Assembly: GCA_964444415.1 (NCBI GenBank)
Contig: CAYUHE010000005.1
Coordinates: 5,456 to 69,455, forward strand
Source: an uncultured Gammaproteobacteria bacterium
GTDB taxonomy: Bacteria; Cyanobacteriota; Vampirovibrionia; Gastranaerophilales; CAJFVJ01
Direction of reading: 5' to 3'
DNA length: 64,000 bases
Part shown: positions 35,260-44,821 of the stretch, one piece after another
How positions within the stretch are numbered: the first letter of the stretch is position 1
How the letters are laid out: every line of letters starts with the position of its first letter
Translations under genes and position numbers: made by a program
The notes under the pieces: model-generated
What the model was told of the DNA's origin: nothing
What the model saw: the letters and a program-made list of their open reading frames with translations, nothing else
Databases searched by the model: none

Positions 35260-36492
35260 TTATTCTCCTACACTTCTTATTATTGCCATATCACAGTCAT
35301 TTTCCAGCCAGTCAATTTGGTTAAATTTCAGATACAATTCCTGATTAGTGTTGGCAACATCCAAATCGTTACCATACAAGTCTTTTATCTCTAAAACCTC
35401 TGCCTCACTTTGATTTTTCGGATTAAAAATTTCTACTTTTTCACCTTTTTCGAGCTTATATTTCATTTTGCACAAGTAGCCATTTTCATCCTTATTTTTT
35501 ATTATCGCATAAAATCTTGCTCCTTGGGAAGAAGTTGATGACTCATAGCGGTACTCATCTTCAGGAACTTTACCGAGAGCAAAACCTGTAGTAAAGCCAC
35601 GATTTCCGACTTTTTTGAGTTCTGAGAGCAATACATCTGCATCGTAAGATTGTTCATTTTTCATAGCATCAAGTGCTATGCGATAAGTTTTGGCAACATT
35701 TGCCGCATAATACATGCTTTTTGTACGCCCTTCGATTTTGATTGAACAAATGCCTGCTTTTGCAATCTCAGGCAAATATTTAATCAGAGCCAAATCTTTT
35801 GGGCTCAAAATATAAGTACCATGTTCGTTTTCGCCTATTTCATAAGGCTCAGACAGACGAGTTTCTTCTACCAAATAATATTTCCACCTACAAGGCTGTG
35901 CGCAAAATCCCTGATTGGATTTGCGTTCATTATGCGTCATAGAATCGCTCAAAAGGCACCTGCCGGAATAAGAAACACATTGTGCGCCCTGAACAAGCAT
36001 TTCTAGCTCCATATCAGGGACTTTGTTATGAATTTCTTCTATTTCTTTCAATGCCAATTCTCTTGCCAAAATAACTCGGGTTGCACCCATATCTTGCCAG
36101 AATTTTACAGCTTCATAATTAAGAGTATTTGCTTGTGTGCTAACGTGCAAAGGCATGTCTGGAAGACATTTTTTAATAAGATTATAAACGCCCAAATCAC
36201 CAAAAATAATCGCATCGGGGTTTGCATCTTTTATGATTTCCAAATCAGATTCAAGTTTTGAAATATTATGATTATGAGCAAAAATATTGAGCGTACAATA
36301 AACATTTTTACCCTTAGAATGTGCTATTTCGATTGCTTGTTTAAGATTTTCTTGAGTTATGACATCCCCGGAGCGCATTGTCCTGAGGCTATAATCCGTA
36401 AGCCCCAAATATATGGCATCAGCCCCATATTCGATTGCATATTCGAGTTTTTCTATATTGCCCGCAGGCATCAAAAGTTCTAAGCTAGTCAT
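35260..36492 (-). CDS. Peptidase U32 family protein
   Basis: N-terminal ELLMPAGNIEKLEYAIEYGADAIYLG, then conserved CSIKIEGR and the Cys-rich CAQPCRWKY. Confidence 0.87.
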   Translation of the reverse strand: MTSLELLMPAGNIEKLEYAIEYGADAIYLGLTDYSLRTMRSGDVITQENLKQAIEIAHSKGKNVYCTLNIFAHNHNISKLESDLEIIKDANPDAIIFGDLGVYNLIKKCLPDMPLHVSTQANTLNYEAVKFWQDMGATRVILARELALKEIEEIHNKVPDMELEMLVQGAQCVSYSGRCLLSDSMTHNERKSNQGFCAQPCRWKYYLVEETRLSEPYEIGENEHGTYILSPKDLALIKYLPEIAKAGICSIKIEGRTKSMYYAANVAKTYRIALDAMKNEQSYDADVLLSELKKVGNRGFTTGFALGKVPEDEYRYESSTSSQGARFYAIIKNKDENGYLCKMKYKLEKGEKVEIFNPKNQSEAEVLEIKDLYGNDLDVANTNQELYLKFNQIDWLENDCDMAIIRSVGE

Positions 36493-36536
36493 TTTGCAAT
36501 CATCTCATTGTGTAGTTATTTCAATATAACAAAAAA

Positions 36537-37739
36537 TTAAATTACATTACAAGTTTTTTGAGATGCTGCTTTTTGAATAAGTTGGTTTAAAACCTCTTCG
36601 CCTTTAATAAGTTGAGGGTCTCTCTTTTGAGTGATATCTTCTTCAGTCATTTTGACTTCAACATCAGGTGCTATACCTTTTTGGTGGATATCAGTACCAT
36701 TTGGAGTAAGATATTTTTGCGTGGTGATATTTACGCCTGAACCATCAGAAAGTTTGTTAATTTCTTGAACTACACCTTTTCCGAATGTTTTTGTTCCAAC
36801 CAAAGTAGCTCTTCCGTTGTCTTTTAGTGCACCGCTTAAAATTTCGCTTGCACTTGCAGAACCGCCATTAATAAGTACAACAAGAGGTTTATCGGTAATA
36901 TTGTTTGAAGTTGCTCTCTGGGTTTCTTTATAGCCGTCTCTATCTACTGTGCTGACTATCTTTCCGCCATCTAAGAACATATCTGAAATTATTATTGCAT
37001 TTGTCAAAAGTCCGCCTGGATTTGAACGTAAATCAAGTATATAGCCATCTTTTGTATTGAATTTTGCTAAAGTTTCTGCCACTTCTTTTGCGGCATTTTT
37101 ATTTATGAAAGTGCTAAGACGTATGTAGCCCATATTATTTGGGACTTTCATATCATTCAAAGGTGTTGTGCTGACTGATTTTAAAATGATATTTTGTCTT
37201 TGAATATCGTATTCTTTTTGAAGTTCACCTCTTTTAACAACAAGTTTAACAAAAGTGCCTTCTTGCCCTCTGATTTTATCAGCAGCTTCTTTTACAGACA
37301 TCCCTTTTGTGCTGTGTCCGTCAATTAGCAAAATAAGATCATTGGATTGCAATCCTGCTTTGGCGGCAGGAGTATCTTCAATCGGAGCGATTACAGTCAA
37401 TTTATCATCTTTTATCCCGATTTGGACCCCAATTCCTTTGAGAGAGCCTTTTATAGAATCATTTTCTTCTTTAAATTCTTCTACATCCAAATATCTTGTA
37501 TATGGGTCGTTAAGACTTGCAAGCATTGTCTCTATGGCAACTTTTGCATCAGCATCTGTGTTGATTTTATTTTCGTATTTATGACGCCATTTTTGCCAAT
37601 CTTGAGTGTTTGTATTTCGATCAACATATTTGGCATCTACAAGTGTCCAAACATCATCATAAAGCTTTGTAGGACTATAAGCAAATGCATTTGTAATCAA
37701 TAAACAAAACAAAGTAACCGTTAATAAAATTTTCTTCAT
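36537..37739 (-). CDS. Carboxy-terminal processing protease (S41 family, PDZ-containing)
   Basis: PDZ segment GIGVQIG...PAAKAGL..D.I..IDG and the S41 core DLRSNPGGLL, GGSASASEI, GTKTFGKG. Signal peptide after ATG 37739. Confidence 0.87.
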   Translation of the reverse strand: MKKILLTVTLFCLLITNAFAYSPTKLYDDVWTLVDAKYVDRNTNTQDWQKWRHKYENKINTDADAKVAIETMLASLNDPYTRYLDVEEFKEENDSIKGSLKGIGVQIGIKDDKLTVIAPIEDTPAAKAGLQSNDLILLIDGHSTKGMSVKEAADKIRGQEGTFVKLVVKRGELQKEYDIQRQNIILKSVSTTPLNDMKVPNNMGYIRLSTFINKNAAKEVAETLAKFNTKDGYILDLRSNPGGLLTNAIIISDMFLDGGKIVSTVDRDGYKETQRATSNNITDKPLVVLINGGSASASEILSGALKDNGRATLVGTKTFGKGVVQEINKLSDGSGVNITTQKYLTPNGTDIHQKGIAPDVEVKMTEEDITQKRDPQLIKGEEVLNQLIQKAASQKTCNVI

Positions 37740-37796
37740 GCTCAAGTTCAACCCCATATTTCTAATAATAAATTATATCATGTTATTTTTGGAGGC

Positions 37797-38843
37797 CTAT
37801 TTTATCCACCCTCCGCCAATCAAAAAAGTATTTGCCTCATCATATATTACAGCAGCCTGTCCTTTTGTTACAGCACTTTGTGGTGTATTAAAAACTATTC
37901 TGATTTTATCTTTGTCTGGAATAATCAATGCTTCTTTGGCTGTAGTATTATATCGGATTTTCACTGAGGCTGTAAATTCCCTACCGATATAGTCCTTCTG
38001 TTGAAAATGCGGATTTTGAATTTCAAGTTCATTCGTGTAGAGATTTTCTTCAAATCCCACATAAACAATATTTTCACAAGGGTCCAAATCAACCACGTAC
38101 AAAGGTCTTTCAGCCGCTAAACCAATGCCTTTTCTTTGGCCAATTGTAAATTGATAAAATCCATTATGCGTGCCTAAAACTTTTTTTGTATTTATATCAA
38201 CAAATTCTCCTTGAGTTTCACCAAATTCTCGCAGTAAGAATTTTTTTGTCGTGTCAGGATAAAGCAAAAAACAAATATCTTGGCTGTCTTTGGTATTTTT
38301 TGAGGGAATATCGTATTTTTGTGCAATTTCTCTAACTTCAGGTTTTTCAAAATCCCCCATTGGGAAAATTGTTCTTGAGAGCTGTTCTTGAGACAATTCA
38401 AACAAAAAATAAAGCTGATCTTTTTTGGGGTCTTTTGCTTTTTTAAGTACAAAACTTTCACCCCTTTTTTCAATTTTGGCATAATGCCCTGTTGCATAAT
38501 AATCTGCGCCAAGTTCATTTATGGCATAGTCAAAAAGCTTGCCCCATTTGACTTTTTTGTTGCAAACTATGCAAGGATTTGGCGTTTTTGCATTTTTGTA
38601 GCTGTCTTTGAAATAATCTACAATTTCTTCTTGAAAATAATCCGAAACATCAAGCGTATAATGCTCCATGCCGAATTTGTCACAAACAGCTTTTGCTCTT
38701 TGTGAAACATCCTGCCCTTTTCTCATTATGCCTGTTAAACCAATTACTCTGTAGCCTTGCTCTTTAAGAAGCACGGCCGTTGTGGAACTATCAACGCCGC
38801 CGCTCATTGCGACAGCTACTGTTTTAGTCTTCTGCGATGACAT
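37797..38843 (-). CDS. mnmA: tRNA-specific 2-thiouridylase
   Basis: PP-loop VAMSGGVDSS, NPCIVCNK, KDQLYFL. Confidence 0.93.
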   Translation of the reverse strand: MSSQKTKTVAVAMSGGVDSSTTAVLLKEQGYRVIGLTGIMRKGQDVSQRAKAVCDKFGMEHYTLDVSDYFQEEIVDYFKDSYKNAKTPNPCIVCNKKVKWGKLFDYAINELGADYYATGHYAKIEKRGESFVLKKAKDPKKDQLYFLFELSQEQLSRTIFPMGDFEKPEVREIAQKYDIPSKNTKDSQDICFLLYPDTTKKFLLREFGETQGEFVDINTKKVLGTHNGFYQFTIGQRKGIGLAAERPLYVVDLDPCENIVYVGFEENLYTNELEIQNPHFQQKDYIGREFTASVKIRYNTTAKEALIIPDKDKIRIVFNTPQSAVTKGQAAVIYDEANTFLIGGGWIK

Positions 38844-39744
38844 CTTTAAAATATTGCACTCCCTGATCTGTTAAAGTATACTCCATTGTCGTTGCTATTC
38901 CTGTATAATCAGGAACTATCTTGATAAATCTCTTTTCCAAAGCTTCTTTCAAGGTATCATGCTCGATAATTTCTTCCAAAAGGGCTTTTGAAAGTGTATT
39001 AATTTGCTTCAGGGTAAATCTTTCGAAATTTTCTCTTTCGACCAAATGATAAGCACAAGCAATCAGGCAGTCGAATTTGTTACGAATATTTGAAAGGCTC
39101 AAAAGTTGTGCAAATCTATCCGTACTGTTATTTTCTTGTGCAATTTTTTGATTATAAATAGTCGTAAAATCCTGAGGCGGCTCAACCACAACAGGTGTAG
39201 GCTCTTCCACTGTTTCTGGCGCAGGTTTTTGAAAAGGTGTAGCAGGCATAACAGGTTTTACCTTTTGGACAGGAGTTGGCTGGGGCTTTATAGATTCTGG
39301 AGTTGGGGATTCAGTTTCAGGTTCGGGCTTTAGCATTTCATTCATGCTTGGGAGCGGTTTATGAATAGCTCTTTGCAAAATTTCTTTTGTTTCATCAGAA
39401 ATTTTGTAATGCTGAGGTTTTTCTTCAACTGTAGGAAAATTTTCTTTTTGGACTTTCGCAGGTTTTTCAGGTTCTAAAGTCTCTGTTATTTCAGCCTTTA
39501 CAGAAGATTTAACAACTTCAGGGGCTGGTTTTTTTTCATCAAGAACTATACTCCCGAGTTCGACTTTTTCTGGCAAAACTTCTTTTTCGGCAGGTTCTAT
39601 AGGGTTTTCTGTTATTGTTTCTTCCAAAAGTTTTGCAGCCGAAGTAATCCAAATCCCAAGCTCTTTTTCTATAATTTTTTTGTCTTCAGATTTAAATTCC
39701 AGCCAAAAATCTTCTTTTGTTATTGTCAAAGTATAAGTGTGCAA
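38824..39744 (-). CDS. Hypothetical protein with a Pro/Glu/Lys-rich central linker (306 aa, TTG start)
   Basis: Long ORF overlapping the mnmA start by 20 nt. N-terminal ~40-aa module, PEP-rich middle, ~110-aa C-terminal globular region. Confidence 0.55.
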   Translation of the reverse strand: MHTYTLTITKEDFWLEFKSEDKKIIEKELGIWITSAAKLLEETITENPIEPAEKEVLPEKVELGSIVLDEKKPAPEVVKSSVKAEITETLEPEKPAKVQKENFPTVEEKPQHYKISDETKEILQRAIHKPLPSMNEMLKPEPETESPTPESIKPQPTPVQKVKPVMPATPFQKPAPETVEEPTPVVVEPPQDFTTIYNQKIAQENNSTDRFAQLLSLSNIRNKFDCLIACAYHLVERENFERFTLKQINTLSKALLEEIIEHDTLKEALEKRFIKIVPDYTGIATTMEYTLTDQGVQYFKDVIAED

Positions 39745-39754
39745 AATTTAACCC

Positions 39755-39880
39755 TTATTTTTTGAGCAGCATTTCACGCCATTTGTCGAGTTGTTCTTCA
39801 ACGAATCTTGTATCAGTAGACTTTAACTCAATTTCTACGTCGCCTTTTTTAATTTTAAAAGAGTATTCTTTTTCTTCCAT
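39755..39880 (-). CDS. Possible 41-aa protein resembling the N-terminal module of the downstream 306-aa protein
   Basis: My translation is MEEKEYSFKIKKGDVEIELKSTDTRFVEEQLDKWREMLLKK. GGAG 9 nt upstream. The stop lies 10 nt before the TTG start of the next gene. Confidence 0.35.
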   Translation of the reverse strand: MEEKEYSFKIKKGDVEIELKSTDTRFVEEQLDKWREMLLKK

Positions 39881-39944
39881 TTGCCTATGCTCCATGCTTT
39901 CATCTATAATTAATTATAATATGAAATTTTCCAAAAGGTCTAAT

Positions 39945-41237
39945 ATGAATTTACGAGATATAAGAAAAAAACATAGAGTAATCGATTTATTTGTTGATTT
40001 GGCAGAAATCCCTTCTCCTTCTTTTAAAGAACAAGAGTTGGCCGAGACGATTTCTGAAATACTTTCAATCCATGGAATTGACTCTAAATTTGATTCTTAT
40101 GGTAATATAATCGCCAAAATCCCAGCAAGTTCTGATTGCAAAAACACAGAACCCATTTTGCTTTCAGCCCATATGGATGTAGTTGGCGGTTCAGATTCGG
40201 TTAATCTGGTCTTGAGAGATAAATTCATCGAAACCGACAAAAAACGCACTCTTGGGGCTGACAATAAAGCAGGAATAGCAGCAATAATTGATGTTGCAAT
40301 TGAAATGTCGAATTTGTATTCAAACCTTCATCATTGCCCTATCGAAATAACTTTTACAAGGGATGAAGAACACTCTATGACAGGGATTAAAGAACTTGAC
40401 ACCAAAAAACTTTCTTCCAAATATGCTCTCATTCTTGATGGGGACAAACTTGGAGTAATCGACAATTGCGGTGCAGGTTATACAAATATTTTCATCAAAG
40501 TCCATTCAGGCAAAGGCGGACACTCCGGGATTGACATAGCTGACACAACAAGAGTAAATGCCTTAAAAGTACTGTCAGAACTTGATTGCAGCATTCCTCA
40601 AGGTGTATACAAAAAAGACGAAACAGGCGTTATCACATCAATCAATGCAGCTTCTTTTATAGGCGGAAGTACAGGCATGTATCTTGGCGAAAAAATTAAA
40701 GATGTTTTCAAATCCAAAGAAATCCCAAAAGAACTTGCTACAGAGGTCATTATGGAAACTACTTCAAGAAATTCAATGACCAATATAATCTCTCAAGAAG
40801 CTTATTGCGTTTATTCCTTGAGAAGTTCTGATCCTGATGCTGAAAAAGAGCTTGTGGACAAAATCAAAAAAAACATTGACACTCTTGTTGCGAAATATGA
40901 ACGCCGTATAAAAATCGATATAATCGTGCAGAAACACTTAAAACCTTTTGTTAAATCAAATGATTCAACATTGACACAAGTCGTAAAAAAATCTGCCCAA
41001 AATTTGGGCATAGACGCTAAAGTCTCTAGTTTCCACGCTGGAGCGGAAACCCATGTGCTATCTAATGAAAAAATAAACTCAAAAGGCGTAAAGTTCTTGC
41101 CACTTTTGGTTGGACTTGCTAACATTTATAATATGCATTCACCTGAAGAGAGTTTGGATTGGCAGTCACTTGTATTAGGTAGAGATTGGCTTAGGGATAT
41201 AATTTTGGAATTTACAAAAAACAATGAAAACAAATAG
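39945..41237 (+). CDS. M20-family metallopeptidase (PepT/tripeptidase-like)
   Basis: LLSAHMDVV, LGADNKAGIAAI, TRDEEHSMTG. Start re-called to ATG 39945 (alternative 39921). The 5' part of the track ORF is antisense to other genes. Confidence 0.8.
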   Translation: MNLRDIRKKHRVIDLFVDLAEIPSPSFKEQELAETISEILSIHGIDSKFDSYGNIIAKIPASSDCKNTEPILLSAHMDVVGGSDSVNLVLRDKFIETDKKRTLGADNKAGIAAIIDVAIEMSNLYSNLHHCPIEITFTRDEEHSMTGIKELDTKKLSSKYALILDGDKLGVIDNCGAGYTNIFIKVHSGKGGHSGIDIADTTRVNALKVLSELDCSIPQGVYKKDETGVITSINAASFIGGSTGMYLGEKIKDVFKSKEIPKELATEVIMETTSRNSMTNIISQEAYCVYSLRSSDPDAEKELVDKIKKNIDTLVAKYERRIKIDIIVQKHLKPFVKSNDSTLTQVVKKSAQNLGIDAKVSSFHAGAETHVLSNEKINSKGVKFLPLLVGLANIYNMHSPEESLDWQSLVLGRDWLRDIILEFTKNNENK

Positions 41238-44200
41238 CGGGAAATATTTTTTAGCAAAAATTATTCCTCTTTTTATAAAAAAAGAGAGTGAAATATCAAC
41301 GGATTTTTTGGTCAAACAAACCTCCTACGAGACTTGCAAAGCCACTTTACTTTTAGAAAGAGATGACAAGGAATATGAAGTAAAAGTCACCTTCAGGCCA
41401 ATGTCTTCGGGTGATATCCAAAAATTCATCGAAATAATTCAAAGACAACCATTGCTTAGAAATTTTTTAGGTCTTAGAAACCTTAATGCCTCTGTATTGC
41501 AATCTTTAGAGACTTTTGGTGTTAATTTGGTCCCTCAAACTCCTCAAGAATTTTCAATGAAATCAAATCTAAAGATAGATAAAAGCCTGTTTTATGCTGT
41601 GGTTAGTGCAATAGCAGAGGATTTAGACAAAGAACCAACTTTGCTGTTTGATTTGAAGGCAATCAATCAAGAAGACATCATAAATGCTTGCAATGTCCAA
41701 GATGTAAAAGCAAAAATAGAATGTATCAATGGGCAAGAAAAAATCCCTGCAATAGTTTTAGACAAATCAAATTTGGATGACATGTTCGAATTATTGCCTG
41801 AGAATCCCGATTTTTTCCCTCGCAAAAATTTTAAAATAGAACTTTTGTCAATTTACGAAAAAATCGATGAAGAGTTCGAAGGGCTTGCTTTCAACGAAAA
41901 TATAGCACCTATTCGAAACACAAATTATTATTTTTATAAAAATGAAAAAGGTACATTAAAAGCTTTCGTATCGCCCTCAAATAATTTTTCTTTCTTTTTA
42001 AAATCAAAAGGTTCTTTGTATCGGTACAAAACAGAAGTCAGAAAAATTCCTGTTTTTGTTGACGGAAATCTGGAATGGAAGCAAGAAGCAGGGCTTGAAG
42101 TTGCAGTTGATATTATTTTTGATTATTTCCTCAATCTGTCAAAATTGGGTGAAGATGAAATGTTCACCCCTTCTGCCAAATTTTTGAATTACACTTCGCT
42201 TCTGGCAAAAGAAATGGTAAAAAACCTCTATTTCAGACCTTATGTACTTGAGAATGGTGACATTTTTGAAATCAAATACGGATTTTTGAACTTAAATGAA
42301 CATACGCAAGAACTTATTGATGCTCAAAGACTTTTGATGCCTGAGAATTTCAGTTTCGAAGGCTCAAATCTTTACGGAAAAGAATTTGCGACAGAGTTTT
42401 TGGATTATTTTGTAAATTATATCGTCTACAAATTTATATTTATCAAAGGCGCCGCATTCAAAATCAATCCCATTTTGAATTATCTAATTAAAAATCAACC
42501 GTTCAGAATGCTAAAAAACGAGGCAAATGTTGGAAAAAGCCTGAAAATATGGTTCGATTCTATAGCCACAAGGCGATATCGTTATAGACCTTTAATTAGG
42601 ATTGAAGAACTCTCCCAGAGTGAGTTTTCAGTAAGTGTTGATATTGTAGATTGCAAGCATCCTGAAGTCCCGATAATGGATTTTTCAGAATTATTTATTG
42701 AAACAGATGACAAAAAAGAAATCATCAAAAAAGAAATTTCGGATCAGATTTACTTGGCAGGGAACTATTTTGAACCACTAAACAGATATGCTTTTTCAGA
42801 GGGTAAAATGCCTATAATCCTTTCTATGGGTGAGCTTTTGATTGTCATTTCTCAACTTAGTGCTATTTTGGCAAAAATAGATATCAATATTCTTATTCCG
42901 CAAACTCTCAAAAATATAGTTATACCAAAAGCTGTTCTAAGAGCCCATTCTAAAGGCGAATTCAACTTTCAGGAACTCTTTGAAAACAAATCCATAGGCA
43001 CATTTACCTTGGATGATATGATGGATTTTTCTTACGAAATCGCCCTTGGAGATGAAAGTATTTCTAAAGAAGAATTTTTGGAGCTTACAAAAACTGCCCA
43101 AAAACTTATAATGTACAAAGACAAATACATACTTCTAAACCCTGACGATGTCAAAGATTTAGTCAAAAAGCTGAATTCTGTAGACAAAATAGAAATGACC
43201 AACGTCAAACTCCTTCATGGGGCTTTAACAAAGCAGCTTAACGGGTTTGAATTTGATTATGACGAGGCTTTCGAAAAAGCAATCAAAAACATCATTAATA
43301 TTGAAGATATTGAAATCCCTGAAAGCCTTACAGGTACTCTAAGACCTTATCAGGTTAGCGGTTACAAATGGCTTTATTCCAATTGCAGAAAAGGTTTCGG
43401 GTCTTGTATTGCAGATGACATGGGATTAGGAAAAACAATTCAAGTTTTGAGTTTAGTTCTTAAACTTAAAGAAGAAGGTAGGCTGGAAAAGCCTGTTTTG
43501 TGCGTTGTACCAACGACTTTAGCTGGAAATTGGGTCAAAGAATGTCAAAAATTCGCACCTTCTATCAAAACTTGTATCTATCATGGCCTAGATAGAGAGC
43601 TTGATTTCAGTGCTGATATGATTATCACCACTTATGCAATTTTAAGAATGGAAATCAAAGAACTTTTAGACCATGAATGGTCCATAGTGGTAATTGACGA
43701 GGCTCAAAACATTAAAAATCCAACAACAGCACAGACTTCGGCAGTAAAAGCTCTAAAAACGCCTCATTGTATAGCTATGACAGGTACGCCTATCGAAAAC
43801 AGATTGAGCGAACTTTGGAGCATATTTGACTTTGCAAATAAAGGTTATTTAGGCAGTTTAGGTGATTTCCAAAAAATATATTCAAACCAAATCGAAAAAG
43901 AAAAAGATATTGAAGCTGCTCAAAGACTCAAGCGAGCAACATCACCTTTTATTTTACGCCGCCTAAAAACCGACAAATCCATCATTGATGATCTTCCAGA
44001 GAAAATGGTTCTTGATGATTATTGTTATTTGTCAAAAGAACAGGCTGCTTTATACGAAAAAACTCTTGAAAATACCATGAAATCAGTTCAGTCTTCAAGT
44101 GGTATAACAAGGCGCGGCAATATTTTGAAACTGATTACTTCTTTGAAACAAATATGCAATCACCCTGCACATTATACGAAATCTAAAAATTTCAAAATTG

Positions 44201-44730
44201 AAGAATCCGGCAAAATGGGGCACACCATGGAACTTTTACGTAATATTTTTATGAATGACGAAAAAGCTTTGATTTTCTCTCAATATAAAGAAATGGGCGC
44301 AATCCTTTGCAAGGTTATAAATGAAGAATTCAATATTGACCCGATATTTTTCCATGGCTCTTTACCTCGAAACAAAAGGGAAGAATTTATTGAAGACTTC
44401 CAAACAAACGAAGATAAAAAACTTATGATATTGTCTTTAAAAGCCGGAGGAACAGGTCTTAACCTTACTGCTGCGTCAAATGTAATTCATTATGACCTCT
44501 GGTGGAATCCTGCTGTCGAAAATCAGGCTACAGACAGAACTTACCGTATCGGACAGGACAAAAATATCATGGTGCACAGACTTATTACGATGGGAACTTT
44601 CGAAGAAAAAATCGATGATATGCTAAAAGCCAAAATGGAACTTGTTAATATGTCACTGTTCTCGGGCGAACAAAATATTACAGAACTGTCAGACAAAGAA
44701 ATTCTTGAAATTTTCTCTTTAACAGTCTAA
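41224..44730 (+). CDS. SNF2-family helicase with a long N-terminal bacterial SNF2-associated region
   Basis: DDMGLGKT, DEAQNIKN, TGTPIENRL, QATDRTYRIGQ. 14-nt overlap with the peptidase gene. Confidence 0.9.
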   Translation: MKTNSGKYFLAKIIPLFIKKESEISTDFLVKQTSYETCKATLLLERDDKEYEVKVTFRPMSSGDIQKFIEIIQRQPLLRNFLGLRNLNASVLQSLETFGVNLVPQTPQEFSMKSNLKIDKSLFYAVVSAIAEDLDKEPTLLFDLKAINQEDIINACNVQDVKAKIECINGQEKIPAIVLDKSNLDDMFELLPENPDFFPRKNFKIELLSIYEKIDEEFEGLAFNENIAPIRNTNYYFYKNEKGTLKAFVSPSNNFSFFLKSKGSLYRYKTEVRKIPVFVDGNLEWKQEAGLEVAVDIIFDYFLNLSKLGEDEMFTPSAKFLNYTSLLAKEMVKNLYFRPYVLENGDIFEIKYGFLNLNEHTQELIDAQRLLMPENFSFEGSNLYGKEFATEFLDYFVNYIVYKFIFIKGAAFKINPILNYLIKNQPFRMLKNEANVGKSLKIWFDSIATRRYRYRPLIRIEELSQSEFSVSVDIVDCKHPEVPIMDFSELFIETDDKKEIIKKEISDQIYLAGNYFEPLNRYAFSEGKMPIILSMGELLIVISQLSAILAKIDINILIPQTLKNIVIPKAVLRAHSKGEFNFQELFENKSIGTFTLDDMMDFSYEIALGDESISKEEFLELTKTAQKLIMYKDKYILLNPDDVKDLVKKLNSVDKIEMTNVKLLHGALTKQLNGFEFDYDEAFEKAIKNIINIEDIEIPESLTGTLRPYQVSGYKWLYSNCRKGFGSCIADDMGLGKTIQVLSLVLKLKEEGRLEKPVLCVVPTTLAGNWVKECQKFAPSIKTCIYHGLDRELDFSADMIITTYAILRMEIKELLDHEWSIVVIDEAQNIKNPTTAQTSAVKALKTPHCIAMTGTPIENRLSELWSIFDFANKGYLGSLGDFQKIYSNQIEKEKDIEAAQRLKRATSPFILRRLKTDKSIIDDLPEKMVLDDYCYLSKEQAALYEKTLENTMKSVQSSSGITRRGNILKLITSLKQICNHPAHYTKSKNFKIEESGKMGHTMELLRNIFMNDEKALIFSQYKEMGAILCKVINEEFNIDPIFFHGSLPRNKREEFIEDFQTNEDKKLMILSLKAGGTGLNLTAASNVIHYDLWWNPAVENQATDRTYRIGQDKNIMVHRLITMGTFEEKIDDMLKAKMELVNMSLFSGEQNITELSDKEILEIFSLTV

Positions 44731-44821
44731 AAATATCCTGTTAAGAATTATAAAGAAACTATCAAATCAAAATCTTCATGCTTTTTAGAGCTACAGGTAC
44801 TAGCTTTATAAGTGTGAATAG

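Noticed and set aside
39717-39944. N-terminal ~76-aa extension of the M20 peptidase ORF (track start 39717)
   Set aside because: The extension is Ser/Leu/Cys-rich and antisense to the minus-strand genes. Peptidase homology begins only after ATG 39945 (or 39921), which has a plausible SD.
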